Positions 58,612 through 64,000 of a DNA stretch of 64,000 nucleotides are shown here, piece after piece. This stretch comes from Flavobacteriales bacterium (lineage in GTDB: Bacteria; Bacteroidota; Bacteroidia; NS11-12g; UBA9320), in NCBI GenBank assembly GCA_020635435.1, contig JACJZU010000001.1, forward strand, positions 720,999 to 784,998, read 5' to 3'. How positions within the stretch are numbered: the first letter of the stretch is position 1; each line of letters opens with the position of its first letter. Below the pieces are notes generated by a model, which saw nothing but the letters and a program-made list of their open reading frames with translations, was not told where the DNA came from and did not search any database. A program made the translations under genes and the position numbers.

Positions 58612-59211
58612 CTATTCTTCGGAAGCTCCCTCGGCCTTCACTTCAGGTACAGCGATCTCTGGAGTTTTAGGTTTACGGGGTGCCCGGGTTTTTTTAGGAG
58701 CCGCTGCAGCCTTTTTACCCGGTTTTGGTCCGCGCTTTTTTGGGACGGACACTTCGGCATTGCCCTCTTGTCCGCCAATAGTTTCCAAGCGGCGTTTGGC
58801 CTCTTTCTTACCCATTTGGCGTACGGCAGCCAATTTTGCTAATTGAGCGGCACGCGGACGAGTTGTTCCCTTCTCCCAGTTGTAGATGGTAAGACCGCTC
58901 ACATCGATCAAGCGGCCGAAATCATGGGCAGATAATCCTAAACGGCTGCGTTGTGATTTCAAACCTTTAGCTGTAAATCGGAGCTTGGCATTGTCCAAAC
59001 CTTCTTTGGCTTTACGTGAAGTGATCTTTCCCAAAACTTTAGATTCCAGGAGAGCAACTTTGCGCTCCAAGCCGGAATTGCGTTTCTTCAGATCAGCCAG
59101 ATCTCTGCGCTGTTGCGCATTGATCTTTTTAATGGCATCCACCTCTTTTTTAAGCTCCTTGCGTGCTAGACGCGTGATCTCCTCTCTGAGGAGTACTTGA
59201 ATATTTGGCAT
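58612..59211 (-). CDS. coiled-coil / XRE-type HTH protein with a Lys/Pro/Ala-rich histone-H1-like tail
   Basis: 199-aa ORF. N-terminal heptad-like region (LARKELKKEVDAIKKINAQQRRDLADLKKRNSGLERKVALLESKV). HTH_3-like LGLSAHDFGRLIDVSGLTIYNWEKGTTRP. C-terminal PKKRGPKPGKKAAAAPKKTRAPRKPKTPE. Confidence 0.6.
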   Translation of the reverse strand: MPNIQVLLREEITRLARKELKKEVDAIKKINAQQRRDLADLKKRNSGLERKVALLESKVLGKITSRKAKEGLDNAKLRFTAKGLKSQRSRLGLSAHDFGRLIDVSGLTIYNWEKGTTRPRAAQLAKLAAVRQMGKKEAKRRLETIGGQEGNAEVSVPKKRGPKPGKKAAAAPKKTRAPRKPKTPEIAVPEVKAEGASEE

Positions 59212-59265
59212 TGTTTTGTTGTTTGTGATTCCTTTAGGCTGCGACCCAATATGTCATTGAGTATG

Positions 59266-59296
59266 CAAATATAAATTTCTACTTATGCCCGACAAA
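59266..59296 (-). promoter_or_regulatory. consensus Bacteroidota promoter TTTG-N19-TATATTTG for the HTH gene
   Basis: The minus strand reads aacaTTTGtcgggcataagtagaaattTATATTTGcatac. The -7 box lies 54 nt upstream of ATG 59211, and both elements and the spacing match the published consensus. Confidence 0.5.
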
Positions 59297-59756
59297 TGTT
59301 CTGTGAAATAATTGCTGAAAAAATGCCGTATTTTCTATGCAAACACCCATATGCCGTTTTAGTTTGGTCAGAATTAATTATCAATTTCAACGAAAGGAAA
59401 TTGTAGCGTCACCCACTTCGATTTGCATCTATACAGAAATTCTTATTTAAAATGAGTCTATTCTGCAAATCGGTAGGAAGTGCTGTCATCTATTTCCAAA
59501 AGATAATTTGACCTTACCTCATGGCAAACTGATTACCAGCTCCTTAGAAAGTGCATATCCACGACCGGCAATGGATTGGCCGATTACCAATGACCGAAGC
59601 ACTGCAGCGGCAGCAACTCTCTTGGAATTGATCAACCACGACAAAACCCTGACATACACCAAAAACCAATAGTGCGCTCAGTAAATACGAATGCAACGAC
59701 CAACGGCCGACCATGTTGGGACATTGAGTGAGGACATACTCGTCCCGACAGTAGAA

Positions 59757-61283
59757 TTACTCCCCTTGTCCGAGGCTGAATCCGCGCTTATCGCCGAAGT
59801 GGTATAAATTTTCTGTTTTCACTACATCGAAACCTTGCTCAAGGAGAACACTCAATTGCCTGATGATCGTCTCTTTGGCCACTTCCTTGTAGATCACACC
59901 GGCTGAAAGATCAATATCCTCTGCTATGTAGCGACATCTCCAATGGTCGGTACAGAATGTTTCGGGATTCCCGTCGGGATATACCTTCACCCCTCGGTTG
60001 GTGATCATCTTCAACTGCAAACCGGTTCCCTTGATGTTGCGTAGGGCGTCACCCAATGATTTTGGGTCACGGTTATTCCGATCGAGGAAAATATCGACTC
60101 CCACCAATTCTTTGTCTCCATATTCCACAGGAGCTGCCAATGGATCGAACAGATCGCTGAATGCATGTCGCTCAGCTGCCACAAAATGAACCGGTTTCAA
60201 TTTCTGAGGTAATTTACCCAAACGTTCGATCACGGCATCTGCAAATTCAGCCGTGTTAACCCGCTTCGTACTGAATTCCGGATTGAAGATATCGCCGGTA
60301 TGTACGCCATCTTCGAGTGTGCAAAGCCAGGCATTGGATATTTTCTGGGCAACCTCTATGTCGCCGATGTGTTGCAACATCATCACTGCTGCATTCAAGA
60401 GTCCGGAAGGATTTGCAATGCCTTTACCGGCAATATCCGGAGCTGAGCCGTGAATTGCTTCGAACATCGCATAGTTCTTTCCAATATTCGATGAACCCGC
60501 CATACCTACAGAACCGGTGAGTTCAGCAGTGATATCGGAAATTATATCACCATAAAGATTCAGCGTTACGACAACATCATAGCGGTCCGGACGAGTGGCC
60601 AAACGGGCTGCTCCAATATCGATTATCTGAACTTCCTGTTCGATCTGAGGATACTCGGCACCTATTCGATTGAATATCTCATGAAATACACCATCGGTGA
60701 GTTTCATGATGTTGTCTTTAACCATACACGTCACTTTCTGTCGATCATTGGCAACCGCATATTCGAAAGCCTCGCGTATGATCCGTTCGCTGCCGGGAAT
60801 ACTTATCAGTTTCAAACATTGAACTACCTCATGCGTTTGCTGATGTTCTATCCCTGCATACAGATCCTCCTCATTCTCCCGAACGATCACTACGTCCATA
60901 TCCGGATGCATGGTCTGTACAAATGGATGCAATGACCGACAAGGGCGAATGTTCGCATACAAATTCAAACTCTTGCGCAAGGTCACGTTCAAACTTTTGT
61001 ACCCCTTTCCCTGTGGTGTGGTGATCGGCGCCTTGAGCATGATCTTGTTTCGGTTGATCACTTCCCAGGCCTCTGTCGGTATTCCTGACGAGTTTCCACT
61101 CAAATAAACTTTCTCACCGATCTGAATATGCTCTGCTTCAATGTTTGCACCTGCCGCTTCAAGGATTCGGAGCGTAGCATCCATAATCTCCGGACCAATA
61201 CCATCGCCATCGGCTACAGCAATTTTCACCTTTTGAGCGCTGAATGTTTCCATAATTACTTCGGGGTTCAGTTGTTCTGACAT
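59757..61283 (-). CDS. icd: isocitrate dehydrogenase (isocitrate/isopropylmalate dehydrogenase family) with a C-terminal extension of ~130 aa
   Basis: 508-aa ORF. KIAVADGDGIGPEIM, NLYGDIISD and GSAPDIAGKGIANP are beta-decarboxylating dehydrogenase motifs. The substrate-pocket context (SLNVTLRKSLNLYANIRP) favours IDH. Cofactor specificity cannot be read from the sequence. Confidence 0.8.
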   Translation of the reverse strand: MSEQLNPEVIMETFSAQKVKIAVADGDGIGPEIMDATLRILEAAGANIEAEHIQIGEKVYLSGNSSGIPTEAWEVINRNKIMLKAPITTPQGKGYKSLNVTLRKSLNLYANIRPCRSLHPFVQTMHPDMDVVIVRENEEDLYAGIEHQQTHEVVQCLKLISIPGSERIIREAFEYAVANDRQKVTCMVKDNIMKLTDGVFHEIFNRIGAEYPQIEQEVQIIDIGAARLATRPDRYDVVVTLNLYGDIISDITAELTGSVGMAGSSNIGKNYAMFEAIHGSAPDIAGKGIANPSGLLNAAVMMLQHIGDIEVAQKISNAWLCTLEDGVHTGDIFNPEFSTKRVNTAEFADAVIERLGKLPQKLKPVHFVAAERHAFSDLFDPLAAPVEYGDKELVGVDIFLDRNNRDPKSLGDALRNIKGTGLQLKMITNRGVKVYPDGNPETFCTDHWRCRYIAEDIDLSAGVIYKEVAKETIIRQLSVLLEQGFDVVKTENLYHFGDKRGFSLGQGE

Positions 61284-61427
61284 GTTCGCTGTTTTTTAAA
61301 ATCGCGCAAAAATATGGGAATACATTAGCCTTAACCAATCAAACCTTATTATAGTTCACCCAAAGTTATTTTTATTGAATATTGTGAAGGATCGTTTCGA
61401 TCAGATCTTCACAGATCTAATCGGCGG

Positions 61428-62867
61428 ATGACCAAATTGCTCAGAATGGAAATGTTGTACAGCAAGCATCTAAAGAACAACTTCAAGTTGCCTTTCTTTA
61501 TGATCGTGGCCTGCCTGCTCCGCATGGGTTCCTTTTTCAATTTAATACTGGATTACGACGAGTGGACCTATTGGGAGATAGCCCGGCAAATGCTTGCCGG
61601 CGCTGCACTCTATACCGATTTGATCGACCTGAAAGCACCGGGCATCTTTTACATTTTCATGCTCATTCAAAAGATCGCCTTCCATAAAATGTTAATTGCC
61701 AGGGTTTTAGCCGCAATTCTCCTTGGTGCAGCGGCCTATAGTATTGGCCGAATTGGAGAGCGCTTGTTCCGTGCTCCGGGTCTACTGAGTGGCATGCTTT
61801 TTCTTTTGCACTTTAATTACGCAATGGGCCTCGCCCTGAATACTGAACTGTTCTATGTTTCATTTACAGCCATTGGCGCCGGTTGGTTCATTTGTAAGAA
61901 GAACGCATTATTACGGTTTCTGGGCTTGCTGCTCATGGGTTTCGCTTTCAGTATCAAGGTGTTTGCAGCAGTCGATATCTTTTTTCTCATTACTTTATTG
62001 GCACTTTGGGAGTATCGTAACCAACGGGGTGGCATCAAAAAAGCACTGCATATCATTCTTATGGGGGCACTCACGTTCATTCCTTTCCTGCTGATCCATA
62101 TGGGCTATTACCTCTCGGGCCATTGGGGGGCTTTTTACGAGGCGATCTATGTACTTCCCGGAAGATACACTTCGGGCACTGACGTTCAAAAACAGGTAGA
62201 TCTGTTCGCCTTGTACCACTTCCGATTCATTTGGATCATCATACCAGCTTATTGGGGGGTGCGGATACTTTTCAAACTTGGACGCGACCGGGGCATTCAT
62301 TCCATACTTTGGTTATTGCTGTCATGGTTCCTCATCTTACTTTCCTCCCGACTTCACGATCATTACTGGTTGCAGCTGGCCGTTCCAATGTCGTTGTTCG
62401 CTTCAGTTGGTTTGCAGGAAATTATCTCAGAACGCAAACCGATTGCAAAGAAGCTGTTACCCTATTTCCTTCTTGGTCTTTTTACCGCAGGTGCCCTATT
62501 TCAAACTCGACGAACAAAAAGTACGAATGCCTCGATCCACGCTGTGCTGGCATCAACTCCTGCCCTGCGGGCAGATGAACAGTTGTGGGTGGCAAATGGA
62601 CCAGCTATTTTTTACACGCTCCTGGATAAGGATTGTCCGGGTAAGTATGTTCATGGTAGCTTGTCCTTCGACCCGAGACATGCCCGGGCATATGGTATAG
62701 ACCGCGATGTTTATTGGGCAGATCAATTGCGTAAGGTTGACTGTGTGATCTTCTGCGGTGGAAGTGCGGTTGATGATGCATTCCTGGATCTGTTGGAAAG
62801 CAGTTTTCAGCGGGTTGCCAATGTTGGAGGTTACAGCATTTGGAAGAAAACCGTTCAAGTAGATTAA
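61428..62867 (+). CDS. GT-C fold membrane glycosyltransferase (ArnT/PMT_2, GT39/GT83-like)
   Basis: 479-aa ORF with about 11-12 TM segments. The first extracytoplasmic loop has an acidic motif (LDYDEWTYWEIARQM), as in ArnT/PMT-type enzymes. Confidence 0.5.
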   Translation: MTKLLRMEMLYSKHLKNNFKLPFFMIVACLLRMGSFFNLILDYDEWTYWEIARQMLAGAALYTDLIDLKAPGIFYIFMLIQKIAFHKMLIARVLAAILLGAAAYSIGRIGERLFRAPGLLSGMLFLLHFNYAMGLALNTELFYVSFTAIGAGWFICKKNALLRFLGLLLMGFAFSIKVFAAVDIFFLITLLALWEYRNQRGGIKKALHIILMGALTFIPFLLIHMGYYLSGHWGAFYEAIYVLPGRYTSGTDVQKQVDLFALYHFRFIWIIIPAYWGVRILFKLGRDRGIHSILWLLLSWFLILLSSRLHDHYWLQLAVPMSLFASVGLQEIISERKPIAKKLLPYFLLGLFTAGALFQTRRTKSTNASIHAVLASTPALRADEQLWVANGPAIFYTLLDKDCPGKYVHGSLSFDPRHARAYGIDRDVYWADQLRKVDCVIFCGGSAVDDAFLDLLESSFQRVANVGGYSIWKKTVQVD

Positions 62868-62943
62868 AACCGCATTGGTATGGTAGCGGTCACAATGGAT
62901 TCCACATCAAACCTTACATTACCTTGCCACTATGGTCCATTCA

Positions 62944-63231
62944 TCAGATCTGATCTGTCCAACCCTTCTTCCGGATCCAATACAATGCCGTTCTGTAAAT
63001 ACGCTTCGATATGTTGATAGCTTTCCTGTGTTCTACTGTTCGTTGCAAGCTTCGGTCGAAGGAGGTCAAATGAAAGCCATTGCAGACACGGCATCCATAG
63101 ATACGAATCGGTTTCCGTTTTCCATCATCTATGGCTCGTATTTCGTTCAACCTTTCCTGAGCCTCCTCCTTGGTGGAGAACCGTTTCTTTTCGCATCGCT
63201 CCTGGAGCTCTTTGAGATATTCCTCGTCCAT
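62944..63231 (-). CDS. small basic protein with a CxxC-x3-H (zinc-ribbon-like) motif
   Basis: ORF 62944..63300 trimmed to ATG 63231 (MDEEYLKELQERCEKKRFSTKEEAQERLNEIRAIDDGKRKPIRIYGCRVCNGFHLTS.., 95 aa). Starts 10 nt after the stop of the upstream DUF2130-like gene. A 125-aa ORF on the opposite strand is treated as a shadow. Confidence 0.45.
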   Translation of the reverse strand: MDEEYLKELQERCEKKRFSTKEEAQERLNEIRAIDDGKRKPIRIYGCRVCNGFHLTSFDRSLQRTVEHRKAINISKRIYRTALYWIRKKGWTDQI

Positions 63232-63241
63232 GTATGCAGAA

Positions 63242-64000
63242 TCAATCCTCTGACCCCGGTAATTCCAGTACACTTCCACCATCAAGCTCATTACCGGCAA
63301 TACCTTTAATAGAGCCGAACAAGGCTGAGAGATTTTCCTGAACCCCCCATATCTGCTTCTCGCGCTCAGACCAGAGCTTGTTCATGGCCTTTTTCTCACG
63401 ACTCAGCTGTTGCTCCATGGCCTCAAAATTCTCGATAACCCTTCGAAAAAGTTGTGCAAACTCGTTGCTCGTGAAAAAACTGTACAGTAGTTCCTTCTTG
63501 TCGCCCCGGTTATGCTGGGCGGCCTGTACCCCATAAAGACGCAGGAGCATTTCACGCAACACGAATGATACGCTGCGCACTTCATGAAAACCGCAGATCC
63601 AGACCCCGTTGCGCTCACCGAAACGATCCATATCGGAAGGCATGGTCTCCGTGACAAGTACGGCTATATCTGCTTTGCAGGTGAGCTGATCCTGTTTCAA
63701 TTTATCGACCCAATCCCCGCCAAATGCTTTGGTGCGCTTGCTCTCGTATACAATACTGCCACATTCCTGTTGCTTGCTGTTAACTACCTTTTGAATGCAA
63801 TCCGCTCCTCGAACTCCTTTAGGTACTTCCTCAATGCGGTCGAACGGATAGGTATTGCGCAAGGTTTCTTCCAACGCAAGTTCCTGTACCTCACCCTGAA
63901 GTTGCATAGATCCCTGCTCGGCTTTGCGCCGCATTTCTTCTGCCAGATTTTTGTTGTCCTCGATCTGCTTCAACAAGGCTCGCTTCTCCAGTTCAAATTG
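63242..64000 (-). CDS. DUF2130-like protein, partial (C-terminal ~252 codons; N-terminus outside the window): coiled coil + PD-(D/E)xK-like core
   Basis: The frame is open to the window edge (..QFELEKRALLKQIEDNK..), and the track start at 63976 is only an in-frame TTG. YPFDRIEEVPKGVRGADCIQKVV...GSIVYESKRTKAFGGDWVDKLKQD matches my memory of DUF2130 and contains a D...ExK pattern. Confidence 0.6.
   Translation of the reverse strand, partial: QFELEKRALLKQIEDNKNLAEEMRRKAEQGSMQLQGEVQELALEETLRNTYPFDRIEEVPKGVRGADCIQKVVNSKQQECGSIVYESKRTKAFGGDWVDKLKQDQLTCKADIAVLVTETMPSDMDRFGERNGVWICGFHEVRSVSFVLREMLLRLYGVQAAQHNRGDKKELLYSFFTSNEFAQLFRRVIENFEAMEQQLSREKKAMNKLWSEREKQIWGVQENLSALFGSIKGIAGNELDGGSVLELPGSED

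Noticed and set aside
59571-59672. 33-codon ORF (MDWPITNDRSTAAAATLLELINHDKTLTYTKNQ) in the long intergenic region
   Set aside because: No promoter box or conserved motif is visible, and it is below any reliable size threshold. It is kept only as a note under the intergenic-region finding.
62932-63309. 125-aa plus-strand ORF opposite the CxxC mini-protein gene
   Set aside because: The product looks non-protein-like (no motif, hydrophobic and Ser/Leu-rich). The minus-strand frame is tightly coupled to the upstream DUF2130-like gene and has a coherent charged-helix plus CxxC layout. The choice remains uncertain.
1-64000. Scan for CRISPR arrays, IS elements or transposases, integrases, phage genes, toxin-antitoxin pairs and rRNA
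   Set aside because: None recognised. No regularly spaced repeats were seen, and no ORF carries DDE, tyrosine-recombinase or serine-recombinase motifs.

Overview
This 64-kb window looks like the core chromosome of a Bacteroidota-type bacterium. Evidence for that placement: a PorV/PorQ-like T9SS barrel, type III glutamine synthetase, Omp28-like and DUF4834-like genes, TTTG-N19-TAnnTTTG promoter boxes, and many genes without Shine-Dalgarno spacing. I call about 55 CDS and one tRNA-Val(GAC). Most are housekeeping genes: rimP-nusA-infB, fabH, rimK, carB, prfA, glnN, purM, rlmN, rlmB, tatA-gatA, icd and trhO. I saw no rRNA, CRISPR array, transposase, integrase, phage gene or obvious island boundary, so this is mostly an ordinary region. 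The most interesting locus is 51.7-58.5 kb. It holds a 1317-aa four-TM protein with two extracytoplasmic sensor domains and two PAS modules. Its C-terminal half carries a complete PP2C (SpoIIE/RsbU-type) phosphatase and a complete RsbW/SpoIIAB-type kinase domain. A cognate STAS (anti-anti-sigma-like) gene follows, no sigma factor is nearby, and the module is bracketed by a CNBD-type K+ channel (with a degenerate cNMP-binding cassette) and a bestrophin-type channel. Secondary items are: a VWA + BchI/MoxR-like AAA+ pair with deviant Walker motifs; an MBOAT with a membrane-anchored partner; an OmpA-family lipoprotein with an extra C-terminal degenerate retropepsin-like domain; a coiled-coil/HTH/Lys-Pro-tail protein next to a 545-bp non-coding region carrying repeated TGCAAA motifs; a DUF2130-like coiled-coil/PD-ExK-like gene with a downstream CxxC mini-protein at the window edge; and visible over-representation of GATC. 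All functional calls come from reading motifs by eye. No database search was possible, and several start codons were re-assigned by hand.
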